A stretch of 64,000 nucleotides of DNA, from assembly GCA_963796105.1 (NCBI GenBank), contig CAWCKJ010000003.1, positions 32,001-96,000 of the forward strand. The letters run 5' to 3'. A program made the translations under genes and the position numbers. Shown piece after piece: positions 10,000 to 19,075 of this stretch. The stretch comes from a candidate division FCPU426 bacterium (GTDB lineage: Bacteria; Oederibacteriota; Muellerivitia; Muellerivitales; Muellerivitaceae). How positions within the stretch are numbered: position 1 is the first letter of the stretch; each line of letters opens with the position of its first letter. Below the pieces are notes generated by a model. The model searched no databases. It was not told the origin of the DNA and saw only the letters and a program-made list of their open reading frames with translations.

Positions 10000-11145
10000 T
10001 TAAATGTTTTTGCCGTAGATCCGATAACTTTTGTATTGGGTGGCGCCGGTGGCGGCGATGCCCTTATTGATCATGTCGTTGTCTTCCAATGTCCATGACA
10101 ACTCGCCTCCGACCACATGCCGGTTCATGCCGGCCTTGAAAATCTCATGATAAAGAACCGCTTCGATGCCTTTCAAACGATACTCCGGGATTACCCCCAA
10201 GGCCATCAAGCGCGCCGCGTTCACCTTTTTCATTCCCAAAAGGAATTTGACCACCGCGAAGGGATCACTCAGCGAGAAAAGCTCGCCGTTTAATTTCATG
10301 AGGACTTGGTTCACGTCTGGGGTGCAGAGGCAGGCACCGACTGTTTTGCCCGCTACCTCTGCGAAAATGATGAAATCAGGCCAGACGATATCCTTGAGTT
10401 TCTTGGCCTGGTAATTCAGCTCGTCGTCCGTCATGGCGACGGCGCCCCAGTTCTTTTCCCAAGCCAGGTTATAGACTTCCTTGAAGGACATGACTTCCTG
10501 GAAAAATTTCTTCGTGTCCAGGGTCCGGATCACGAGTTTCTCGCGCTTCTTGATGTGCTCCGCGATGCGCACGATGCGCTCTGGGAAGGGCTTGTCGGTC
10601 CCCAGCCACCAGGCGTAAAGATCCTTGGCCTTGGCGTAACCGGCCTTCTCGGCCAGCTCCAGGTAATAGGGGGGATTGTAGGTCATGGCCATGACTGCGG
10701 GCTTGTCGTAGCCTTTCAAGAGGAACCCATAGCAGTCGTCATTGGAGGTGAAGCTGGCGGGCCCCCGGACGCAGGTCATGCCCTCACTCTTGATGAATTT
10801 CTCAGCCTCGGCAAAAAGGGCCTTGGCCGTTTCAATGTCGTTCACGCACTCGAACCAGCCGAAGAAGCCGGTTTTCTCGTTCCATTGCTTGTTGAAGTTG
10901 TCATCCACGCTCGCGGAGATCCGGCCGACCGGCTCGCCTTTCCCGTCCAGGGCCAGGAAAAGCCTGGTGCGGCTGTGCTTATGGTAAGGATTGGTTTGCG
11001 GGCTCAGCAGGCTCCGGTGGTCCGGGAGGAATGGAGGCACCCAATTGGTGTCGCGTTTCCCGCCAGGGGCGTAGATTTTCCAAGGAATATGCAGAAAGGC
11101 TTCCACGTCCTGCTTGTTCTCGACAACTTTAATGGTGACAGCCAT
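10000..11145 (-). CDS. GNAT-fold N-acyltransferase, bacterial ceramide synthase (bCerS)-like
   Basis: WVPP, GRISA, GFFGWFEC, YNPPYY, AWEKNWG, ELSWTLEDN, YKSYRIY. It lies directly downstream of the spt-like gene, with an AAGGGGGAG RBS before ATG 11145. Confidence 0.75.
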   Translation of the reverse strand: MAVTIKVVENKQDVEAFLHIPWKIYAPGGKRDTNWVPPFLPDHRSLLSPQTNPYHKHSRTRLFLALDGKGEPVGRISASVDDNFNKQWNEKTGFFGWFECVNDIETAKALFAEAEKFIKSEGMTCVRGPASFTSNDDCYGFLLKGYDKPAVMAMTYNPPYYLELAEKAGYAKAKDLYAWWLGTDKPFPERIVRIAEHIKKREKLVIRTLDTKKFFQEVMSFKEVYNLAWEKNWGAVAMTDDELNYQAKKLKDIVWPDFIIFAEVAGKTVGACLCTPDVNQVLMKLNGELFSLSDPFAVVKFLLGMKKVNAARLMALGVIPEYRLKGIEAVLYHEIFKAGMNRHVVGGELSWTLEDNDMINKGIAATGATQYKSYRIYGKNI

Positions 11146-11156
11146 TGAACTCCCCC

Positions 11157-12335
11157 TTAAATGACTTTGTATTTCTTGCCGACTTTCCTGAAACAATCCA
11201 AGACATGGTCCAACTGTTGATCCGTGTGGGTAGCGGTGTAACTGGTTCTAATCAAGGTTTGCTCGGGAGGCACGGCTGGGGAGACCACGGGGGTCGCGAA
11301 AACCCCCATTTCGCCCAATTCCTTGGTCATGGCGAAGGTCTTCATGTTATCGCCCACCATGAGGGGGATGATGGCGGAGTTGGTATTCAATGTGTTCCAG
11401 CCCATCGCCTTGAACTCGGAGCGCATGCGCTTGATGATGACCCAAAGCCGCTGCTGGCGGTCCGGCTCGCGCTTGATGATTTCCAGGCTCTTCAAGACCG
11501 CGGCGGTATCCGCGGGGGAAAGACTGGCCGTGAAGATGAGCGGACGGCTGTTGTGCCGCAAATAATCTATCACTTTATGGGTGGAGGCGATGAAACCGCC
11601 AATGGAGACCAGGGATTTGGAGAAGGTTCCCATTACCATATCCACGTCTTTTTGGACCCCGAAATGGGAGCCGGTTCCCTCGCCATTAATACCCAGGACG
11701 CCGAGGGAATGGGCCTCATCCACCATCAACCTGGCTCCATATTTCTTCTTGAGTTCGACGATCTTGGGAAGGTTGCAAACGTCGCCGCCCATGGAAAAGA
11801 CGCCGTCGGTGACGATGAGTTTGGGCTGGTCCGCGTGGTTGGAAAGAACCCTTTCCAGGTCTTCCATGTCGTTATGCCCATACTTGACGGTTTTCGCGAA
11901 GGAGAGCTTTTGCCCATCCACGATGGAGGCGTGATTGTCCCGGTCCGAGATGATGTAATCCCCCCTGGTCGCGATAGTGGAGAGGGCTCCCAAATTGGCC
12001 AGATAGCCCGCGGAATAAACAAGGGCGTTTTCCATGTGCACGAAATCAGCCAGTTTTTCCTCCAACTCGATACGGATATCCAGGGTGCCGTTTAGGAAGG
12101 GGGAGCCTGTGCAGGCGGAGCCATATTTACGGGTTGCCTGTACGATAGCTTCCAGTACCTCAGGATGGGTGACTAAGCCCAGGTAGTTGTTGGAGCCTAC
12201 CATGATCATCTTCTTCCCGCCGATGGTCACTTCCGTGCCGAGCGCCGAGGTGTTGGGACGGAAATAAGGGTAAACCCCCGCTTTCCTAACATCGTCCGCG
12301 GCGGTCCAGTTATTAGCCTTGTCGAAAATATCCAT
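11157..12335 (-). CDS. spt: Serine palmitoyltransferase-like PLP-dependent alpha-oxoamine synthase
   Basis: GVYPYFR, GSNNYLGL, FLNGT, NHASIVDG, DGVFSM, DEAH, GTFSKS (PLP Lys), YLRHNSR..IF.AS. These resemble Bacteroides-type SPT more than BioF or Kbl. Confidence 0.8.
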   Translation of the reverse strand: MDIFDKANNWTAADDVRKAGVYPYFRPNTSALGTEVTIGGKKMIMVGSNNYLGLVTHPEVLEAIVQATRKYGSACTGSPFLNGTLDIRIELEEKLADFVHMENALVYSAGYLANLGALSTIATRGDYIISDRDNHASIVDGQKLSFAKTVKYGHNDMEDLERVLSNHADQPKLIVTDGVFSMGGDVCNLPKIVELKKKYGARLMVDEAHSLGVLGINGEGTGSHFGVQKDVDMVMGTFSKSLVSIGGFIASTHKVIDYLRHNSRPLIFTASLSPADTAAVLKSLEIIKREPDRQQRLWVIIKRMRSEFKAMGWNTLNTNSAIIPLMVGDNMKTFAMTKELGEMGVFATPVVSPAVPPEQTLIRTSYTATHTDQQLDHVLDCFRKVGKKYKVI

Positions 12336-12613
12336 GGTTCCTCTTGTATAAAATGATTTTGCTACATTACGCTTGATTTTATTTCATATCAGCAAAATTG
12401 GTTCGTGAGTGACTTAAGAATATTTCGAGAATGGCGCCGAACTTGCTGATTAATGATCAGAAAGTACTAGATGTATATGAAATCTCCAGGTATCCCGAGA
12501 GCTTCGAGAATATTTTGGGATGATTTCCACACAAATGTTGTTGCTGAAGGCCGGGTTATTATAGGATGGTGAACTATGTTTATCAAACATTTTGCCGGTT
12601 CAGACCGGCAACC

Positions 12614-13618
12614 ATGAAAATTCCCTCTCCCGTCTTAATTACAGGCGCAAGCGGTTTCGTAGGGGGCCATTTGGCCGAGACTTTGGCCAAAAAAAAGGTC
12701 AAGACGAAAATATTAATTCGCAATACGAGCAGGCTTCCATTTGAGCTTCTTCCTAATATGAAAATCTGCTATGGAGATGTGACGGACTTGGAATCGGTCC
12801 GGATAGCCGCCGATGGCGTCAAGACCGTTTTCCACTTGGCTGGAATATTACGTGGCTCGAACCTGGAGAACTACCGGAAAGTCAACGTAGTGGGGACCTG
12901 GAATGTTTGCAAGGCCGCGGCAGAGGCTGGAACCGTCAAGAAACTGGTTTATGTCAGCTCCCTTTCGGCCGCGGGGCCGGCCTGGGATAACCAGGAACTG
13001 GATGAGACTATGCCTTGCCGACCCATCAGCTTTTACGGGCAGACTAAATTGGAAGGGGAGAGGGTCGCCCAGAGTTTCCATGGTGATTACCGTGTAACGA
13101 TTTTAAGGCCTGGCGCGGTCTATGGCCCAAGGGAAAAGGATCTTTTTGAGTATTTCAAGATGGTTAGGGGTGGAATCATCGTCAATTCAGGAGACGGCAG
13201 CCAAAGAGTAAGCTTTGTGCATGTCTTCGACCTGGTAGAGGCCATTATGCTCGCGGCGAAGAGCCCAAAATCCGGAGGCCGTATTTATTTCGTCTCGGAC
13301 GGTCAAGGACTCAGCTGGAACGAGCTGGCCCGTCATATCGGTAATGTCCTTAAAAAATCCTATAAAACATTCAATGTTCCGCTGGGAATCGTTAGAATGG
13401 TGGCCGCTTTGGGGGATTGGACTAAAACCTTAACCGGGCAATCCTTTTTGCCCCCGATTGTGAGTTCTGACAAAGTGAAGGAAGCCGCGGCTCCCGGATG
13501 GGTTTGTGGAAACCACAAAATAAGAAGGGAATTGGGCTTTAAACCGCGTTTCGACATTAAAAAGGGCATCGAGGAAACCGCTAAATTTTATTTTGAAAAA
13601 GGTTGGCTGCAACCTTAA
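12614..13618 (+). CDS. NAD-dependent epimerase/dehydratase (extended SDR), candidate ketosphingoid/ketoceramide reductase
   Basis: ITGASGFVG, VFHLAG, YVSSLSA, YGQTK catalytic motif, RPGAVYGP. It is divergent from spt. The specific role is inferred from context only. Confidence 0.8.
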   Translation: MKIPSPVLITGASGFVGGHLAETLAKKKVKTKILIRNTSRLPFELLPNMKICYGDVTDLESVRIAADGVKTVFHLAGILRGSNLENYRKVNVVGTWNVCKAAAEAGTVKKLVYVSSLSAAGPAWDNQELDETMPCRPISFYGQTKLEGERVAQSFHGDYRVTILRPGAVYGPREKDLFEYFKMVRGGIIVNSGDGSQRVSFVHVFDLVEAIMLAAKSPKSGGRIYFVSDGQGLSWNELARHIGNVLKKSYKTFNVPLGIVRMVAALGDWTKTLTGQSFLPPIVSSDKVKEAAAPGWVCGNHKIRRELGFKPRFDIKKGIEETAKFYFEKGWLQP

Positions 13619-13712
13619 AGTATTCCCGGTTTTACCATGATTTTGGTATGTTCTCTTGTCCATGGTTCTGATTTTTTAAGTTTTATTTCCACTTTAATCT
13701 GCTGGAGGCCAC

Positions 13713-14786
13713 ATGGGTTTTGGAATTGCGAAAAGATATGGGTTGTTTCCATTTCTTTTCCTGCTTTTGGCGCCATTTGCTTGGGGCCAAAACCAAGTGA
13801 CGGACTCCGTTTTGCCCCCGGATCATTTGCTGGAAAATCTTCCCTGGCTCAACGATGATGGGAAAATCGAAAGCAAAGGCCTTTTTGACTTCGAGGATAT
13901 CCGCAGCTTGGGCGAGGAAGACATGATACTGGTCTACCGGCAAGCCATACCCGTCAATGAATTGGACAAGCCCCATGATCAGACGCTGATCGTTTGTTTT
14001 TACGATCCTGTGAAGAAAAAATACGTCAAGAATTTCGAGGATGATGGAGGGCCGGTTCTTTGGATGAAAGTCGTCACCCAAGCGGATCAAAAACGCTCCT
14101 TTATGCTTATGCAGAGGGATGATTTGAAGGGGAGCCAAATCTTGAAAGGTTATACTTATTTAAATGGAAATGTGAAGCAGGTTTTGGAGGCGATGGCTCC
14201 TGAAATGGCGGTGGATGTAAAGTCGGGTGGAGAAGGTCCTGTGCTTTGGTGTTCCTTGAAGGAAAAACCAAAAAACGAGAATAACGCGGAGCATGTCTTT
14301 TACTGGGACGCGGCAAAGGAACAATTCACGGACAAGAAAGTAGTCGCTTCTTCTAACGGTTGGTCCGGCTTCTCCCTCGTGATCGCGACACCGGTGGTGA
14401 CAGTCAAAGGAAACCCGGGCGAAAATGGCGCTGCCGTGAAACCAGGACCGGTGAAGCACAAGTCGGCAAACGGATGGTGGGATGAGCCTTTGGACGCCAA
14501 AGCCTCCTTAACCCAGTTGAAAACGGAGTTGGTCCCGGACCGCATTAAAAACAAGCAAATCGCCCAATTGGGACAGGACGCCAAGGCTTTCTTCAACGAG
14601 CTTCAAAAGCAGGGAATCCCGGCGAAGGAAATCACCTCCATGAGGTCGGTTTATTATTCGTCGGTTGCGGGCGTCCTATTCCAGGAAGGGAACGCCAAGG
14701 ACGCGGAGTATTATTTGAAAATCGCCTTGTCCTATAATCCGGAAAATCCCGCCGCTGTGGCCTTAAAAGAAAAGATTCAAAAATAG
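13713..14786 (+). CDS. Hypothetical exported protein with C-terminal TPR-like repeat
   Basis: GGAGG RBS, signal peptide ending AWG, C-terminal 'AEYYLKIALSYNPEN'. Confidence 0.7.
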   Translation: MGFGIAKRYGLFPFLFLLLAPFAWGQNQVTDSVLPPDHLLENLPWLNDDGKIESKGLFDFEDIRSLGEEDMILVYRQAIPVNELDKPHDQTLIVCFYDPVKKKYVKNFEDDGGPVLWMKVVTQADQKRSFMLMQRDDLKGSQILKGYTYLNGNVKQVLEAMAPEMAVDVKSGGEGPVLWCSLKEKPKNENNAEHVFYWDAAKEQFTDKKVVASSNGWSGFSLVIATPVVTVKGNPGENGAAVKPGPVKHKSANGWWDEPLDAKASLTQLKTELVPDRIKNKQIAQLGQDAKAFFNELQKQGIPAKEITSMRSVYYSSVAGVLFQEGNAKDAEYYLKIALSYNPENPAAVALKEKIQK

Positions 14787-14908
14787 GAAATATTAATTTT
14801 TTTATTGTAAAAAGTGGTGCACTTGGGTTTCCAATTGGAAGTATCAAGGAAACCAAGTATGTGCCAATCTCTTTTTGGCGGCATAAGCCGCCATTCTTAT
14901 AGAAAGAT

Positions 14909-15032
14909 TGGTGCCCGAGGCGGGACAATCGAACCACGCTGACGCGCTCGCAGGGGAAATATCCCCTGCGGATCCCCGTTGAACAGCCGTGAAAACTCCC
15001 GTTTTCCCGACCTTTCCCAGGGTTCTCGTCCC
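14909..15032 (-). repeat. tRNA-linked structured element downstream of tRNA-Leu, ending in an 18-bp copy of the tRNA 3' end
   Basis: 14909-14926 is identical to 15052-15069. The internal hairpins are homologous to those in the repeats after tRNA-Glu (51681-51927). Confidence 0.85.
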
Positions 15033-15051
15033 AAATAATATAATAAAAAAA

Positions 15052-15134
15052 TGGTGCCCGAGGCGGGACTCGAACCCGCACGGTCTCCCATACGCACCTC
15101 AAGCGTACGTGTCTGCCAATTCCACCACTCGGGC
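15052..15134 (-). tRNA. tRNA-Leu (GAG)
   Basis: Minus strand reads GCCCGAG..TGGCAGAC..TACGC-TTGAGGT-GCGTA, long variable arm, GGTTCGAGTCC, CTCGGGC-ACCA. Confidence 0.95.
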
Positions 15135-15166
15135 TTTTTCGAAACTTTTTCCGTTAAAGAAGGCGT

Positions 15167-15194
15167 ATTATAACGCTCGACTCTTGATTGTCAA
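15167..15194 (-). promoter_or_regulatory. Consensus sigma70 promoter for tRNA-Leu
   Basis: Minus strand TTGACA-16 bp-TATAAT, followed by a GC-rich discriminator (ACGCC), about 30 bp upstream of the tRNA. Confidence 0.8.
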
Positions 15195-15231
15195 TCCAAC
15201 CCAGTTTTTCCATGAGACATGCTAAGCGAAG

Positions 15232-17595
15232 GTGAAACCGTTGAAAAAAACCTTAGCCTCCTTAGTGCTTTTGATTATTTTTATTTTCGGAGTGGGGAAA
15301 TCCGGTTTTTTTCCGTCATTGCGTTTAATCCATGATTCCACCCTGGACATGAATAATTTCCTCCCGCTTTTGAAGGCAAAGCTCGGCTCGGTGTTATGGT
15401 TTCTATTTGCAGGGCTTGGGGTGATCGGCTGGGTAGGGACTTTCCAACGACTATTGCCGAGAAAAAGGAAAGTTGATAGGTTCACGATCCTAGGCGCTAT
15501 TCTAAACCTCGCGGGTTTTTCACTTTGGGAATTCGGTTTGGGCGTCAACGGCTTATTGTATCGGCCATTGACGGTTCTGTTTTTCCTGCTGGGTGTTTTA
15601 TCCGGGTATCCAAAATACAAAGAGGTTTTGACGGGTTGGCCCCGCTTTAAATGGGACGGTAGGATGTATTTGCTCTTGGCGTTGTTGGCCTTGCCTTGGC
15701 TTTTTGAGGTTTTTTCTCCTCCCATCATTTGGGACGCTATTCTCGATCATTTTCGTTACGCGAAAGAGATTTCCCGTTTGCACCAAATCCCTTTCCATTG
15801 GACCAACCACACGGGCGACATGCCCAAATTCGCCGAGTTGATCCTAGCTGGTTTTTGGAATTTAGGGGGCGAAGGACTTTCAAAACTAGCCTGCGCCTTA
15901 CCAGCGATATTAATCGCGGCGCTAATTGTTTTATACGCCAAGGAATGGGGCGGGAGCGCGGCAACGGGATGGTTGATTTTCTTAAGTTGTCCTTTCTTCT
16001 TGGCGATTTTCACCTGGGGTTATGTCGAGGGTTTTTTGGTTTTATTTGAAATAACCGCTGTCTTCGGCCTCTGGAAGTCATTGGAAGACCCTGCGGATAT
16101 AAGTTGTCTATATTGTGCGGCGTTCTTCATGGGTTGTTCCTTGGCGGTCAAGTACACGGCGGTTTTCACGATTGGAGCTTGCGGTCTGATCCTGGTTTTT
16201 ATGTGGATCGGGAAGAAATCAAAGTTGGGATTGGACTTGAAATGTCTTGTATTATTCCTGATTCCTTTTATTCCCTGGGGATTAAAAAATTATTTGGCCA
16301 ATGGAAATCCATTTTATCCCCTGGCAACCAGCCTATTCGGAGGACCTCCCGGATATAACACCAACCTGGAAGCGAGTTTATGGGAGGACACGGGTTTGCC
16401 CGGTAGTTTTTCCTTTTTAAGCGCTGGGAAATTATTGGCGCGTGTATTTTTTACCTCTGATAATTCCGTCAACGCAGCCTGGACTCCGATGCTTTTAATG
16501 GCACTTCCTTGGTTGTGGAAACCCATGAAAACAAGGCTTGGATTATTCCTGGGGCTATTTTCGGTTCTTTTTTTAGGGGGATGGCTCATGGCCTGCACCA
16601 ACTTTAGGCACGCGGCGGTTGGGGCCATGGTTATGGTTTTGTTGGCCGCGATGGGCTGGGCGGAGGCTTTTGAGCAAAAAGGAATTGGAATTCGGATGGT
16701 TTTTACGGCGGGGTTAATCGTGTCTTTCTGGCTTTGTCTATCCGCGCAATTCACTTCGACCGCTCCTTATGCCTCTGCGTTAGGGCTCGAAGGCTCTATC
16801 GAGCGGCTCAAGCGAAATTATTATTACGATTGGGACACCTTTGCCGCTTACCGGCAAATAGAGATGAATTCCGATGAAAAGGATAAAGTCTTGGCATTTG
16901 GGCTTTATCAAACCTATCCCCTGAGAAGAACCGCGTTCGTGGACTTCTTTTGGAAACAACCGATATTTTTAAAATGGGCCTCCTCGTGCCGTACCGCCGA
17001 GGATTTGGCCTCCTTATTGAGGAAAGAGGGAGTTTCTTATTTTCTTTATCAGAAAAGGGAAGCTGAATTCATGTACCTGAAGGAAAAGGATTTTAATTTA
17101 TCTGGAATTTCCGAGCTGGAATACCAGCGGTTTTGGAAATATTTTATGGAGCCTGTTTTCCAAGGCGAAAACACGACGCTTTATAAAATCAGGGACACGC
17201 CATCCGCAATTCCGGCTGCGCTTTCGCAATTGCCCGGATCGCAGGAAAAATACCTTATGCGCATTGGAAGTATCAAATCCTCCATTCTTCCTCACGCGGA
17301 ATTGGAGCGAACCGCGGCGCGATGGACGAGGGATTATCCTGAATTGGGGTTAGCTTGGGCGAAAAGAGCGGAATTGGAAATACGGGAAAGCAAATATCGG
17401 AATGCAGTTGCATTCGGGAAAAAAGCGGAAGAATGCGGATATCAGGACCTGGAACTTTGCCGGGCAATGGCATATAGCTTGAAAATGGAGAAAATGAATG
17501 AAGAGGCGGACAACTGGACGAGAAGATTTAATGAAAGGACCGAGTGGCTGGGTGGGGAAACGGCAAGGGCAATTCATTATTACCAAGGTTATTGA
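15232..17595 (+). CDS. Multi-pass membrane protein, GT-C (ArnT/PMT-like) glycosyltransferase candidate with C-terminal TPR-like region
   Basis: Many TM segments, PPIIWDAILDH loop motif, AVKYT, KNY.ANGNPFYP, helical C-terminal repeats. GTG start. Confidence 0.6.
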   Translation: MKPLKKTLASLVLLIIFIFGVGKSGFFPSLRLIHDSTLDMNNFLPLLKAKLGSVLWFLFAGLGVIGWVGTFQRLLPRKRKVDRFTILGAILNLAGFSLWEFGLGVNGLLYRPLTVLFFLLGVLSGYPKYKEVLTGWPRFKWDGRMYLLLALLALPWLFEVFSPPIIWDAILDHFRYAKEISRLHQIPFHWTNHTGDMPKFAELILAGFWNLGGEGLSKLACALPAILIAALIVLYAKEWGGSAATGWLIFLSCPFFLAIFTWGYVEGFLVLFEITAVFGLWKSLEDPADISCLYCAAFFMGCSLAVKYTAVFTIGACGLILVFMWIGKKSKLGLDLKCLVLFLIPFIPWGLKNYLANGNPFYPLATSLFGGPPGYNTNLEASLWEDTGLPGSFSFLSAGKLLARVFFTSDNSVNAAWTPMLLMALPWLWKPMKTRLGLFLGLFSVLFLGGWLMACTNFRHAAVGAMVMVLLAAMGWAEAFEQKGIGIRMVFTAGLIVSFWLCLSAQFTSTAPYASALGLEGSIERLKRNYYYDWDTFAAYRQIEMNSDEKDKVLAFGLYQTYPLRRTAFVDFFWKQPIFLKWASSCRTAEDLASLLRKEGVSYFLYQKREAEFMYLKEKDFNLSGISELEYQRFWKYFMEPVFQGENTTLYKIRDTPSAIPAALSQLPGSQEKYLMRIGSIKSSILPHAELERTAARWTRDYPELGLAWAKRAELEIRESKYRNAVAFGKKAEECGYQDLELCRAMAYSLKMEKMNEEADNWTRRFNERTEWLGGETARAIHYYQGY

Positions 17596-17615
17596 TCTTC
17601 TTTTTGGATGGCCGT

Positions 17616-18938
17616 CTATTTCTGGCAGTAAAGCAGGGGATCGGGTGTGATCTTACATTCCGTGGCGATCCGGATGTTATTGATTTTACCTTCGTTTCTC
17701 AATTGGTAGAGTCTTGGCACAACCATATCCCTCAACGAGACCGGGGAAATAGGATTGATGTAAATTTTAGTTCCGCCCTCGAAACCCGCCAGATTGGTGG
17801 CCCGCCATTTGATGAGAATATGCCAAGGCATCACATTCACTGCGGCTGGTGGAGAGTAATACCATTCTTCATTGCAGGGGCATTGGGACCCCATGGCGGC
17901 ATGGCAAGCATGGACCAAATCCGAAAATCCACGAAGCTCTTCCTCGGTATGCTCCGCCGGGCGGGAATGTTTGCTTTTTGAGTAAATGGCGAGCGTGGGA
18001 TACCTGTGCCCGATTTCCGATAAGGCTATGGCGTAATCATTTTCGGCGAAAATCAAATTGTGCAACGCGGAGAAGTTAATGATTGATTCGTTGTAAATAT
18101 TGGGGTTTTCTTTCGCGATCTCCACCTCATATTGTATGGAGGTGCCCCATTCGTCCAACCCGACCAATTGCTTGTGCAAATGCTCCAGCGAGGCGCCCGC
18201 TGGCTCCAGCCAATTTTGAAATACCGTGACATAACGGACGAATTTATTATTCACGTAAATATCGGATATGGCGTCGATGGTGAATCGGATGTAACGATAA
18301 TGCTCCTCGGGAGACATCTCCCCTGAGGAATAAAGCTCATTGTCATAATCGGCGTCGGCCTTGTAGTGGTGCCCCGCGATGATTAACTCGTGGCTTCCCC
18401 CGAAAAAAGCGTCGGCGATGGCGATCTTCTCTTCGACGCTGATATTGGAAATATCATCGGAATCCCGGATGCTCAGTTTTAACTTGTTGTTGATTATGTT
18501 GAGGACGTGCTCCATTCCCTTGGGATTGTTCATGTAACTTTGACGCCAATGCGCTTGGGCGGGGGAGAGCTGAAATCCGTGATTTTTCTTCCAGTATTCA
18601 ACAGTCACAATTTCAAATAAATTGGCGACCCTCCGAAAAACCGCCTTGGAGGACTCCAGCATGTCGGGATTCAATTTTTCCAGGGTTTGATATTGGCCGT
18701 CGGTTTTTTGGATTAAACGTGATTTTTCAGGCGGCGTCCTAAAATATTCGGTAAAGCAAAAATCACAGTAATTTTCTTTTTCGTTTTTTACAATGGGTTT
18801 AGGCGGCTTAAAGGACCGATTGTAAAATGGACGGTGCGCTCTGGCGGGAACAGTCCAGACTTCTGTACCCGTTAAAGGATTGATATGCTTGAGCGTTCCA
18901 TCGGGCATCGCGAAGTAAGGATTTTGAAATTTGGCCAT
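17616..18938 (-). CDS. DUF4921-family / GalT-like HIT nucleotidyltransferase
   Basis: MPDGTLKHINPLTGTEVWTVP, FQNW...AGASLEHLHKQ (HxHxQ motif), LAGFEGGTKIYIN. Confidence 0.8.
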   Translation of the reverse strand: MAKFQNPYFAMPDGTLKHINPLTGTEVWTVPARAHRPFYNRSFKPPKPIVKNEKENYCDFCFTEYFRTPPEKSRLIQKTDGQYQTLEKLNPDMLESSKAVFRRVANLFEIVTVEYWKKNHGFQLSPAQAHWRQSYMNNPKGMEHVLNIINNKLKLSIRDSDDISNISVEEKIAIADAFFGGSHELIIAGHHYKADADYDNELYSSGEMSPEEHYRYIRFTIDAISDIYVNNKFVRYVTVFQNWLEPAGASLEHLHKQLVGLDEWGTSIQYEVEIAKENPNIYNESIINFSALHNLIFAENDYAIALSEIGHRYPTLAIYSKSKHSRPAEHTEEELRGFSDLVHACHAAMGSQCPCNEEWYYSPPAAVNVMPWHILIKWRATNLAGFEGGTKIYINPISPVSLRDMVVPRLYQLRNEGKINNIRIATECKITPDPLLYCQK

Positions 18939-19075
18939 AAAGTTTTTCGGGCTTTGATTGAGTGTTCTTTGTTTGTAGAGTAAAATTGTATCGAAAACTC
19001 GCAAGTGAAGCAATCTGGGTTTTTAACTTTTCAAGTTTGCGTGCCAGCCTCATTAATTTTGTCATGGAGTAGTTT

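Noticed and set aside
12385..12525. Inverted repeats in the spt/SDR divergent intergenic region (ATCAGCAA...TTGCTGAT)
   Set aside because: They are short, widely spaced and in AT-rich DNA, so I cannot distinguish them from chance.
14800..15134. Prophage or integrative island at tRNA-Leu (or at tRNA-Glu)
   Set aside because: The tRNA 3' duplications enclose under 150 bp, and no integrase or phage gene is present.
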